This document shows positions 34,746-46,830 of a stretch of 54,607 bases of DNA, one piece after another. The stretch's first letter is position 1. Each line of letters starts with the position of its first letter. Under the pieces are notes generated by a model that did not search any database, was not told where the DNA came from, and saw only the letters and a program-made list of their open reading frames with translations. The stretch comes from Phoronis australis (lineage: Eukaryota; Animalia; Phoronida). The stretch covers positions 1 to 54,607 of the forward strand of contig NMRA01001099.1 in the NCBI GenBank assembly GCA_002633005.1, read 5' to 3'. The translations under genes were made by a program, and so were the position numbers.

Positions 34746-35567
34746 TAATATAGTAATATAGTAACGAGCTTTAGCTGGACGTAAATATTTCAACTTTGTT
34801 AACATGCTTTTATGTGAAAACCTCATAGCCAAAACAGAACAATGCAAAAAGAATTTTATGAGCAGGTCAGTAAAGTATCGCTTAGAGATGCGCTTTTTTA
34901 ATTCCCTAAAGTCAAAATACAATCAAGTAGCTCGTCTCCATGATCAATAGTAAACAAATAACAAAACAGTGCGTTGTCCATCTCCTGAGAGAAATATCTT
35001 TCAACATTCTCAAGATCGTTCTTCACCTCTTTAATTGCAATCTAGGATCAAAGCCTCAGAAATAATATTTCAGACAAGTAATGCGATAATCACAAATAAA
35101 ACTAAGCGCAGGAATTAAACCAACATGAGAAGCTTACCTCAAATGGCTAGACGAGCTCAGACTCCATCATTATCAAGGAACACGTGGAGCAAACAATTTT
35201 ACAGCATTTTAGACCTAATTAAATATCACACGGACTCTCTATTTGTTTGTGTTAACACCTGGTTCTAATGACGGAACTATCAGATCAGCACTCAATCAAT
35301 TCCCGTGTTCATTTGTCTTGCACAGCGACTCAATTCGACTGTAATAATCACATGACTTGCTGACGATAAACATCCCTAATGCTACGTTTCCGCCACTAAA
35401 TGAGTAGAATGAACTGAACTGAGAGTATAATGAGCGTGTATTCACCCGTGCAGAGACATCGTATTTTTAAATACGACCACACGAGAGCCATTACGTCATT
35501 GTAATCATCTAGATCGACACAGGAAAGCTAGACTAGGCAACTTGTGTCAGTAAGTAAGTATGTAAGT

Positions 35568-35844
35568 CATGCGCGCACCCAGGGGTGGCTCGGGGGGCTC
35601 GAACGAGTCCCCCCCCCCCATTTGGCGAAGTGGGCAAAAATTTCCGCCTCAGAGAAACAAAGTGTCCGAGAAAACGAGATAAAAAGTCTACTAAAAAGGC
35701 GCAAACATAGAATTCAAATTCAGATCAGGGAAAGCTCCGATCGTGGTACTGTTTTTTTTTTTAGTCGACTGACTATTTTGTTAGTAAAAAGTGCACATGG
35801 CTAGGAATTCGAGTCCCCCACATTGAAGGCTGTGTGCGCGCATG
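35568..35844. mobile_element. MITE inserted into a (TAAG)n microsatellite
   Basis: TIRs CATGCGCGCAC...GTGCGCGCATG (11 bp perfect, extending imperfectly), with TAAG repeats on both sides. Confidence 0.8.
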
Positions 35845-36050
35845 TAAGTAAGTATGTATGTAAGTAAGTACGTAGTTAAGTACGGTAAGTAATTAAGTAC
35901 GTATGTAAGTAAGTTACGGTAACTAAGTACACTAAGTAAGTAAGTAAGTAAGTATGTAAGTAAGTACGGTAACTAAGTACGGTAGGTCAGTAAGTAAATA
36001 AGTTTGTAAGTAAGTACGGATACCAGTAAGTAAGTGAGTAAGTAAGAAAG
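35845..36050. repeat. (TAAG)n degenerate microsatellite, the 3' tail of the adjacent LINE
   Basis: Directly visible. On the minus strand it follows AATAAA (~36062-36057) at the LINE 3' end, and it continues at 35550-35567 on the far side of the MITE. Confidence 0.9.
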
Positions 36051-37550
36051 TGAAACTTTATTTCGAGTCGGAATGGTAAACAACAACTAAGCGTTAGCAT
36101 ACATGCTAGAGGGTCGACAAGATATTAGAACATTTATGTACAACACTTAAAAGATATACACACAGATAGAATACAAGTAAGTCATTATAAGCGGATTGAA
36201 AAGAGCATATGGTTAACTCAATTAAGTTGCAAAAAAATGACATGATTACCGTTGTACACCTAATGCATCATATTGACAATTACACTCGAGGCCCAGATAA
36301 GCCACTAAACGTAACAAAAAGGGTCAAGGTCAGCGCATGTAGCTCTCAGATCTTCAAAACGTTTGTTCCATAGTTTGACATTATGGTAAGACACAGCAAT
36401 GAGACCATAGGAGAAAGTGTTGAAGTAAGTAACAGCGATTGCATTTACAAATTTGAAATTATGACCAGGTCTTTTAATTTTGAACTAAGACTTAATTGGC
36501 CATACTTGAAGACTTACTGATGAACACTTACATGCGAATCCCATTTTGTTTGAGAGAGACGCTGAGAGTAGCTCGTTTCAGAGTCGTCAAATACGAATTT
36601 CAATGCTTCATACTTGAGCCTTTCAATTGTCTTAGACTTTTGCACACTGCAAAAGTACTTTAGTACCAGAGCTCAGTAAGTGAGGTTAGATCGAACAAAA
36701 GCCTGGTATAATTTCGTTTGTTGTCTCTATCCAACAGGTCTATCCAACAGGTGGCGTATTCTAAACAGTATATTTATTTTTTTAGAAGCTTTCTGCCATA
36801 TGGTCGTAGAACTCTAATTTATAACCAATAGTTACTCTGAGTTAACTGAGTTATTACATTTAATTGCATGATTTCCAACCAGCACGTATTGTTCAAATCC
36901 ACATATTTTTCATTCAAAACAAAATAATGACGTTGTGTCATGTGGTTAACCCCAAAGTAATTTGGGATGCAGACATCAAAGCACATCTAGTAGCGTCCAG
37001 AGACTACACTGTTGTCATCTGCATAGTTATACAAAGTATACGTACCATTAAGATAAAAGAACAGACCATTAACAAATACATTAAATAACGTTGGAACAAT
37101 AACTGACCCTTGAGGTACCTCTTTTGAAACAACAATCCAGTTACTAAATTTGTTCTCTAATTTCACTCCCATAAATCTGTCAGAGAGATAAGACGAAGGT
37201 ATGTGTAGGTTGTATGTTCCTTCTGAGCAACCATGTGCTTTGCATAAGGCTGTGAAGTAGGTACTCAAATGCTTTTGACAAGTCAATTAAAAGTATTCAA
37301 CCGGCAGTTAGCTTTTCTTTTGAAGCACCCCGAACGCCCTCTGTTAATCCCAGCAGGACATCTAGGCAACTGTGACTCTGAATACATTTAGGAATCTGCA
37401 TAGAATTTCTTCAAAATGCCCTTTGAGTCGAGCATGCAATGATCTTTCTATGACCTAGTTCAATATATTGGCAACACACTGATGGCCTCTAGCCTGCTAG
37501 ATCATACTTGTCCCCTTTTTAAAAAACTGGGGTAATTTGGCTTGTTAGAA
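36051..37550 (-). mobile_element. 5'-truncated CR1-like LINE reverse-transcriptase relic
   Basis: Minus-strand motifs ITPVF*KGD...RP (~37540-37485) and SYLSDR...SNWIVVSKEVPQGSVIVPTLFNVFVNGLFFYL...LYNYADDN (ORF 36987..37286). Many disruptions. A microsatellite tail is typical of the CR1 group. Confidence 0.88.
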
Positions 37551-39362
37551 GAATTAATGGACAAGATATAATGCAGTTATTAATAATTGGAGTGGGGGGA
37601 TGGTGTTCTGGTGTGGGTTACAATTTTTAAAAAAATAATGCAAGTAGTCGCAGCCATTTGCTTTCCGAGAGTTTTTGTTTCTGGAGAATGATTGGGCCCT
37701 GAATATCCTTAAGCACCACGTAAAAGTTTTTAAAATTGTACAGGAATTCGTGTACGACATCATGACACGAATTTTAACAGGATGATTGCATGCGCGTACT
37801 CCCTACACTGCAAAACGGTGGTGAAAGTGCTTTGACATTACAATCGCATCAAAGAGAACAAAATATGAGAATTGCGAAAGAGCATATATACCCTCGCGGG
37901 TCAGACTAGTTTCTAGCTGGAGCTGTCGTTTACAATCTCTTCTGACGCGTGATTCGTAGTAAAAATGACGTCGAGTAACCTAGCAACAAAGACTGACCCT
38001 GTTACCTTTACTGATACCAAGTAGATGCCGCTTGAAAACGGCAGCACCCATGTAACAGGCCGTAGACGCAAGAACCTCGCAAAGGAAGCTAAGTGCGCTT
38101 TGTTCGTTATGGATGGCGATATCTCGAGAAGTTTTGCGAGATCTTGCGTTTTTTTCAAGGTTCTCGCGTCTACGGAACGCACACCAGGGATCGGAGTTTA
38201 ATCTCGAAATCGAATTCGAATTTTTTTGACAATTTTTGAGATTTCGATTAAAAATTCGAAGCTTCGAATTCAGACTCGAAATTTTTATTTTCTAATGCTG
38301 AGTTCATCAAGTAGAAACTAAGAATATAAAAATAGCCACGTAAACCAAAGTGCACTCTTGCACAAAACAACAGATATATGTCTTGACTTTGCACAAAAAT
38401 AAAACGAAAAATTTCAAAAATTGTTTGGAATTTGATTTTGAATACAAGGATTAGACCCCGACCCTAGGTCACTGCGTATACTACGGTGGTGATAGCTCGT
38501 AATAAAATGAGCAGCATTAACGTAAACCAGGGCTGCGTTCCGTACACTTAAAACACTTGCGAGAGAAGCTAGTGTGATCGTATGTTTCGCTTGGAATGCG
38601 TGACGATATCTTGCGTGTTCCTGCGTTTTCGCGAGATTCTTGGGTCTGCGCAACGCAGCCCCGCGCAAACCTTTTCCTACAGAGTGTACTCTTGTTTCGT
38701 TTAGGATACGTAGGGCCAATAAGAACTTGTTACACTCCGGATAATTGATTATGCGTGGAATTAAAACAAAATGTCAAACAAACGGTGCTTTGTGTATTTT
38801 CTACAGCCTTTAACATGCAACAAGTTTCCACATAAAGAAGTCAAATATACAATGTACGTGATAGCGGAACGATGCAAACCGTTTTTGTACATGAACTATC
38901 GACTATGAGATATCCTACAATGCTGTTACCAGGCCAAGTGGAGTTGATAGCTTTTGCCAAAATAGTGCCACATTACGTTAATAACATTAATCTGTGCCTT
39001 GATGTTTTGGGTCAGTCAGCCTCCGTATCGACTTTACATCTTCAACGAAAATTGAATTGAAAATCTCTGAGTTTTAACAGAATTTTGTAAAATATTAACA
39101 TTCATTTCAATCAGGCTGTGCTGCTTATTTCAGGAGTTACTCAAAATGACTTTTGTGTTCAGATTGCTCTCTGTGCACTGCATTGGCACTGACCAACTTT
39201 CGAAACCCCAGCAAGAATGACGTGGTTTTCCCACTTCGAAACCCTAATAGGAGTGCCATTTCGATTAGCCCACCAGTGCCTACCAGCGATACCTCGGGAC
39301 AGTTCTGACGCGTCAATCAAGCTATAAATCGTTCCCAATCAGGGGACGGGGACGTACAAACC

Positions 39363-40077
39363 GTACGAGAGCAGGTCACGCGGTGTGGATAGTTCCGGGA
39401 CAAACGCAGCCAGGCCGCGGCAACGCTGTCGTGACTTATCGACGGCCGGGCGACAGTGTGTATGCCGAGTGCGACAATATATGACGTCAACATCGACACA
39501 CATTGTCACCTGGGCCACCAATGTAGTGACCATTTTTCTACAACTGCCATAAGCGCGAAGCAAGTACGACGGAAGTCGGAGTTTGCCATGTTGTCCTTAT
39601 AATATTATGCCGCTGCCAAACAACTTCTGGAACCTTCGTTACCTGCATGTTTGTGAATGAACCTTTGTGTGTCATGGGTGACGTAATATTTGAACGTTGT
39701 CAAATTAAGCGTGGTATCGTGAACATGCCGCTGTGGGCAATACTTCATTTCCGTCCTCGAGACTCATTTATTCAGAGCTAATGTGGCTCTATGTGGCAAC
39801 AGTTTCAGTGAAATATCTTCGAAAACATATCGCAAAGAACCTGTCGCTGCAGCTGCTTGCAGACTAGGTTCGACTTCCGTCTTACTTGCTTCGCGCTTGT
39901 TTCAATTGTGGGACAACAGTTACTACATCGGTGGCCCAGGTGACAATATTTGTCGATGTTGACGGCATATATTGTCGCACTCGCCATACACACTGTCGCC
40001 CGGTCGTCGATAAGTCACAACCGCGTGGCCTGGCGGCGTTTGTCCGAACTATCCACACCGCGTGACCTACACTCTAC
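39363..40077. mobile_element. ~715-bp non-autonomous DNA transposon with long (~160-bp) terminal inverted repeats
   Basis: 39363-39530 aligns with the reverse complement of 39919-40077 (aggtcacgcggtgtggatagttc...gtgacttatcgacg.ccgggcgacagtgtgtatg.cgagtgcgacaatatatg.cgtcaacatcgaca...attgtcacctgggccacc.atgtagt). The spacer is non-coding. Confidence 0.88.
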
Positions 40078-41935
40078 ACCCCAGCAGTGCCTATAGAATC
40101 CTTTACCCATCCTTTTTACTTTAACTCTTCACATCAATAAATTTGCGTAAGAATTAAATGCCGCGATGAAATGTTGACAAGGCATCGATCACGGATGGAT
40201 TATCGGTCTCATCTAGTAGACACTCTAGATTAGGAATCACACTGGATAAAATATGACGGGCAATTTTATATGTGCTACCACTTCGGAAAAACAATAACTC
40301 CAGTTTATGGTAAACCTATTCTAAGTTCTATGTGAATCGTTACATTTTCAATGACAATTTGGTCGGATCAAATTTTGTGTGACATGTAATTAAGCTGGTT
40401 TTTAATAATGCGTCTGTGGCATCTCTCGTATACGCTATATGTACAATTATCTTTGACACAAAATGCCCATAACTCATGCATATATAGCTGTACATACATG
40501 TACTTCATGCTGACATAGAGGAAAAATGTCGTTTTCCACCGGATACATTATTTCATTTCTACTTGCTAATAACTCAAATTGTAGAACGCTACCGTACATA
40601 CGCTCATTTAGACGCGTGCGAATGTATGAGAAATTGCGTGTGGCGGTAAACGAAATTTTGGCGCACACAACTTGGCCAAACAGTTGAGTAACTGAACAAG
40701 GAGCGAGTTTATTAGAATATTGGATCTTTTGCAGTATAGTCGACAAGTTTTAGATTTAGGAATTTAATAAATCTTAAAACACTAAGAGTGAATAAAACAC
40801 AACAAAATCATCCAACTTCAGATAAACTAACCGAATTGTATGTTAGTCATCCAGTTGTGTAATAAATATGATTGGGAATAAGTCTAGTATCGGACTTCCT
40901 AGTTTTGATGATGACGCAGCGTCCCCATCACGGAGACTTCTGCTAATCGAATGCCGGCTGGTTGGTGTGTCGAACTTGGCGGGAATCTCCGTCACGTGGG
41001 TATTGATGTAATTCCCGCCCAGTTCGACTCCCCAACCTGTTGGCATTCGATCAGTAGACGTCTCCGTGAAGGGGAGACTAAGCAGAAGCGTGCAGAGGTT
41101 TGGTGATGCCCGGGGCGATTTTTTGATGCCTCTCTCTCTACTCAAATCCAAGTACTAAGAAAAGTAAAAAAATGAAACATTATACAAACTTTAGTCAATT
41201 TAACTGTAAATCAGTCACAATATCAAAAAGTTCATTCATGTAGTTATTGGATGCTGCTAGATGTGGGTGCCCAGGGCAATGGCCCCGTCCCCTCCCCCTT
41301 CTGCATGCTATTAACGCGAAGTCGTCATCAAATCTGTTAAGTAGTCCAGAATTTTATTTATTCTCTTTATCTTTGGGCATCCCCCTCCCGTATGCAAGAA
41401 AATGAAGCAAAGGGCTCTAGACATAAATTCCCTCCTAAGAATTCCCTAACGGGATGGGAACGGCCATCAACGAGAAACATGCCGGAGTTTTTATTTTCTC
41501 GGAATGTAACTATTGTCTCCAAAGTTTGTTCGGTTAACCCTCAGCTTTAGCTAGTTTCGAGTACAAACGCCTGAGGCTACTAAGCTCATGTACCGTAACC
41601 ATAGCAAGTCCTGTTTAAATTATGATATTTATTTTCGTGCAAATGAAAAACTGATCATATTTCGGAACCTGAGAAGGCAAATTTTGCAAGCAATACAATG
41701 TAATTACCATAACTGCAACCATCCGAGACCGATATTTATTACGAGGCTACGCGTTTATTGTAGTGCCAGTGCATCTTTTTTGTAGGGGCTAAACTAGAAT
41801 TAACTAACTACCCCACTGCTTAGCTCTCACGATTCACCGAATTCCATCTGTCTTGACCTACAACTCACCTAGTTTTCCAGAAAATCGCACATTTTCCAAC
41901 CGAATTATCAAAATTATCATTTTTATAAAATTGGA

Positions 41936-42130
41936 AATATCCTTCAGAAAATTTTGATATGTTTTGTATTTTAGACGTAACCCTAAAAGTATCAGAAAAT
42001 AGAGAGGACGAGATGGGACGTATCTAAATAAATTTCCTATTTCATTTTCCGATACTCAATATCACCTTCAGAGAATTTTGGCATGTTTTGTATTTTGACG
42101 TAACCTTAACAGCACTGTAAAAGGGAGAAA
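41936..42130 (+). repeat. Old tandem duplication, period ~124 bp
   Basis: ccttcaga.aattttg..atgttttgtatttt.gacgtaacc.taa at 41941 and 42065. Confidence 0.75.
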
Positions 42131-43502
42131 ACAGAATTTCGGATTATGTCGGAGTGTGTTTTTCTATAACGGAGATTAAAAATTGTTGTGCATACGTTTA
42201 TCTTATTGATGAAATTTGACCACCTTCGTATACTTTTTTCACGACACTAAGTCAGCAAGTGATAGGTAAAACCTATAACCGGATTTGAATCTACCTGTCT
42301 CTTTGGTCGACCTGATTATAACACTCACACGCAGCACCTTGCAAGCGTGCAGTTGAGGAATCTCCTCCGAACACCAACAAATTTCCCAGCAACTTTTGCG
42401 CGTATCAAAATGGCGGCGATCAAGAAAGAGGTATATCGCATCTCTTTTTTTTCCTACGTAAGAATGACACGGCAATACGTTGGCGTGCATTCCACAACGT
42501 GTACGATTTTCAAGTGTTTGGAGGCTTGCTATCGACTCCGGCAATTAAATAGACACAAAAAAGCCTCCGCAGCCACCTCGCAAGCTCATTTTGACACTTG
42601 TCATGCTCTTTCCAACGTTTTCAAGTTGTCTTAACACAATTTAGCACAGTAAATCGGTAAAAATTTGTTGAGTACACCAAACCAAAAAAAAATGTTAAAA
42701 CCAACTAACGTGACATTTCCTTGATTTCACGACAATAACCATTTTCCACTTAGTAAACCTTAATTTACTAGAATGTCTGTGGTTTGTTCATTCATTGGTT
42801 TTAAAATAAATCAACAGTTGAAAAATGACTATGCTCTGGTGAATTTTCTGTAATGGAAACAAATAGAATACTTAGAACAGCGCTCAGCCGGTTTCAATAA
42901 CAGGAGTTTTGCATATCAATAATAGGAAATGAGAAAGAACACTTACATTTTTAGAATCCACAGCACACACTCCGATCTCCTGCCATTGTTGTTAAGAGGA
43001 TGAGTTTTGTGTTTGTTGAATACCGCAGAATGGTTTTAAGTACATGTAGAACCCTAGATAAATGTTCAAATTTGATTACCTTCTAAAAATCATATAAAGA
43101 CTTCATCTTGAACATTTACATCGAATGATACTTGATCATGTTAACGATATCATTGTGTCGCTATCGATGTAACTTTCTTGGTGCTGAATTTTACTAAGCG
43201 GCACAGTCCCGTGACCTTATCAATGGTAATTCGGTAAAAAGTCAAAACTCAAATTCTGAAGACTTTCTACATTCAGAAAATGAGAACTTTTAAAAAATTA
43301 AGATCAAAAGTTTTATTCATATTTTGCTTAATACACACACTTGTCAATGTCGTTCTACATATCATTAAAGCTTAATAAATGCGAACATGTAAGCGTTCCC
43401 CGGAACTCTTTCATCCAACATTCTGCGTTTAGGAATCCACAAAACCAGGCAAGACTGCCTACAACCGAAAAGAATATATAAATATGGGTTTTCATAACAT
43501 TT

Positions 43503-43654
43503 GGGCCCAGTTGCATAAAAGTTATACGCCGTATAGCAACAATGACGTCGCTTTATCACGTGTCACGTTGTTATTGTTGAACAATGCACCTGACGTCATA
43601 CAACAATGTAACTTATCCAGCGGATAACTTTTGAAGTTTTATGCAACTCAGCCC
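43503..43654. mobile_element. PIF/Harbinger-like MITE (152 bp)
   Basis: TIRs GGGCCCAGTTGCATAAAA / GGGCTGAGTTGCATAAAA (16/18). The superfamily is inferred from the GGGCCC-type termini. Confidence 0.7.
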
Positions 43655-44914
43655 TGAACTTAAACTCGCGAATTTTTCCAAGTTGTGTTTGCCTTTGTTC
43701 CAGCATATGATGTGGGCCTGGTATCCATTTGATCAAATATGAAGCTTCTGTTAGAATAAAAGCTCATTAGGTGTGGTGGTCAATGATAAATTGCCATTGT
43801 CCTTAATTGAGAAAATGTGATTTGAGCTAATTACGCGTGTTATCAAGTAAAGCGACATTACACAACGTTCGTTGCCGGTTATCAAGATATTTTTCTAGGG
43901 GTCTTTTGGCGTCCTGGATACACTTATAAGCTGAATTACACCCACCTTGTTCTAAAACAAACTTCGTTCTGCTTTTGAACGAAAACATGCCTTGCGTTAC
44001 CGTTTGTCTTGATAATTAAAGTATCTATGAACCGTGTTCTTATGTCAAAAACGATTTTTTTCACAGCCGTGTTTGAGCTTCCAGACCAACGTCACGATCG
44101 AGTTCTTAACGCATTGGAATCGGTTGCGTTAAAATATTGAAACTTTTTACTGCCAAATTAAGCCGCCGTGATAATCTGACGTCACGAAGCGCGTGTGCAA
44201 CAATAATGATCTTCCACTTGTTCTCAGTCGTTAAAATAATTTCTACTAAAGCTGAGAAAAGAATAACATGGACTAAATCGAGAGTTCTTTGACAAAAAGT
44301 GCGAGCTTTTTGCACCTTTAAATAAAGACGACAAACTTTACTTACCTCTATATTTGTTTCACCGCAGCATTCAACTTGTAAACTTTCACAAAACTGTTCG
44401 ATCAGAACAACACTAATTTATACTTATATTAATAGGAACGCAGAGTCAATTTGAAAAATACCGTCTCGGAAATGAACAACATGGGGATTTACCCAAAATC
44501 AATTATCATTAATATTTGTAAGAAAGCGACTAGCACTAACGCTTCTCGGATGTCACCGAATTAACATACGTGGAGTGTGCTGTTATTGCTTCGTACTAGT
44601 TTAATGGAAGGTTCCACCGGCAGCATGGACCGTAGCAAAATACAGTTTTTCAGCAGCTTACACGAAGGTGTATTTTCCGCTTAGGAAATCGGTAAATGTG
44701 TGCCATCAGTGGAGGAACACTGCATAGCGACTCGCGGTTGTCCATTTGCAACCGTGTATGCAGTTTCTGGTGATTCTAATCAAGAAACACGAGTCGCCCT
44801 GCACTGTAGCGTATATGTAACACTTGGAAGGTCGCCTCAAGTACCGGTGTAGAACACCAACCAGAAGCAATTTTAATTAAAATTCCTTGCCTTCGTTTCA
44901 GAAATAATTCCCAG

Positions 44915-45570
44915 TTTAAAGAGACATTATGGGTTTCACGGCCGAAAAACGTTTTTTATGATTATTGATAGACGGGATAGACTTCTTGAAATTATTAGAT
45001 TTGACCAGAGAACACACAACGTTTCCATAAAAGTACCAGAGTACCAAGGCATTGGGCCAAACAACAAAGGAAGCGAGAATGCATTTAAAGGGGAACTTTC
45101 AGGCTAATTCCTTATGTCAATGATTATTTGGCAAAATTAGTTAGAAACACAACATATAGCGAGTATGTGACTAGGTTGAAAATTGCCAAATGTTTTTAAG
45201 AACGAGTGTTATGGGGAAAATGATCCGCCGCAAATCACTGAACCTTGTCCAGTAAGTATCGTGACGTGGTGCTGGGGAATAACACTGCATGATGCGGGCT
45301 ATGTGAGCCTGCGAGGTACGTCATTAGTGCAAATGTCCCCTATTTAAGAGTGTTTTGTTTTCACATTCACAAATTGTCAATGAATACAACAGCAGCTTGT
45401 TTAACCTAGATCATGTTAAAATAGCATTGTCGTTTTGTTTATGCTATATATTAGCAAAGTTAGAAGCATGCAAATTTTACATCTTTAATGGGACATGTCT
45501 GTTTAGCGCATTTTTAGATTACTGTTAGACGGGATAGGTTTTTTGAAGTTATTAGCTGTGACCGGACCTA
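44915..45570 (+). repeat. Two direct copies of a ~90-bp repeat end (Kolobok-like TTAA start)
   Basis: gatta.tg.tagacgggatag..tt.ttgaa.ttattag..tgacc at ~44960 and ~45517, preceded by tttaaagagacat and tttaatgggacat respectively. Confidence 0.55.
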
Positions 45571-46174
45571 CAAAACAACAAAATCTGTTACGTTTTTGCG
45601 ATTTTATTTTAGTTGGCGTTGTCTGTCAAGCATTTGCTGAGATTAAGGGCGGTGACTTTACCAGTTTAAAATACGCTTAAAATACTCTGTCATTTATCAA
45701 GTGGTGTTTAGCTCCACCGGAAGGGCGTTGGATTACGTGGGCTGAAATTGTGGGCTCGGTCCCGTGTTGCGACTTGGCTGAGAAAGTCTCATTTCTAACC
45801 GAGAATGTCACTTAAAATTATATGAAGATGCTAAAAAACACGAGGTTCGGGTTTGGCGCTACTGAACGCGATAACCTCACACGGAAATTGACGAACATTG
45901 TATGAAACGAGTTTACCGATAACACCGTTAGGGAATTTCAGTCTTTACGTTGTGTGGCGTACACGTGTGCCTTTCGCTCACTCTTTTGTTGCATCAGCTT
46001 GTGAAGACATGTTCAAGAACTTGAAAACAAGGATGGCCGGAAAGAGAAGATCGCACTCTGGAGTGAACGGGATGAAGATCAACATTTTGATAGTTGTTGC
46101 CTGTTTATTGTATATACTACGGTGGCCCGAAAGTATCATCGCTATTTTAGTTTATTAATTTTTTATTTTTCCTT

Positions 46175-46830
46175 TTCCACCTAGGAGGAAATATTTCAAC
46201 CTAGGTGGAAATTATTTTCACCCGGGTGGAAGCTATTTCAACCTAGGTGGAAATTATTTTCACCCGGGTGGAAACTATTTCAACTTAGGTGGAAAATATT
46301 TCAACCTAGATGGAAATTATTTTCACCCGGGTGGAAGCTATTTCAACCTAGGTGGAAATTATTTCAACCTAGGTGGAAATTATTTTCACCCGGGTGGAAA
46401 CTATTTCAACCTGGGTGGAAATTATTTCAACCTAGGTGGAAATTATTTTCACCCAGGTGGAAAATATTTCAACCTAGCTGGAAATTATTTTCACCCGGGT
46501 GGAAACTATTTCAACCTAGGTGGAAATTATTTCAACCTAGGTGGAAATTATTTTCACCCGGGTGGAAACTATTTCAACCTAGGTGGAAATTATTTTCACC
46601 CGGGTGGAAANNNNNNNNNNNNNNNNNNNNNNNNNNNNNNNNNNNNNNNNNNNNNNNNNNNNNNNNNNNNNNNNNNNNNNNNNNNNNNNNNNNNNNNNNN
46701 NNNNNNNNNNNNNNNNNNNNNNNNNNNNNNNNNNNNNNNNNNNNNNNNNNNNNCACCCAGGTGAAAATAGTTAACACCCAGGTGAAAATAATTTCCACCT
46801 AGGTTGAATTATTTCCACCTAGGTGGAAAA
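46175..46830. repeat. 21-bp minisatellite (A=ATTTCAACCTAGGTGGAAATT, B=ATTTTCACCCGGGTGGAARCT)
   Basis: About 20 units left of the gap in AB/AAB patterns, and a few units in the opposite orientation right of the gap. Confidence 0.95.
46611..46753. other. Assembly gap (N run) inside the minisatellite
   Basis: 143 Ns. There is also a single N at 8441. Confidence 0.99.

Noticed and set aside
46175-46610. CRISPR-like array of palindromic repeats
   Set aside because: Units are head-to-tail with no unique spacers, there are no cas genes, and the array sits inside a TIR/TSD-bounded eukaryotic element.
46574-46798. ORFs spanning X residues
   Set aside because: Artefacts of the N gap.
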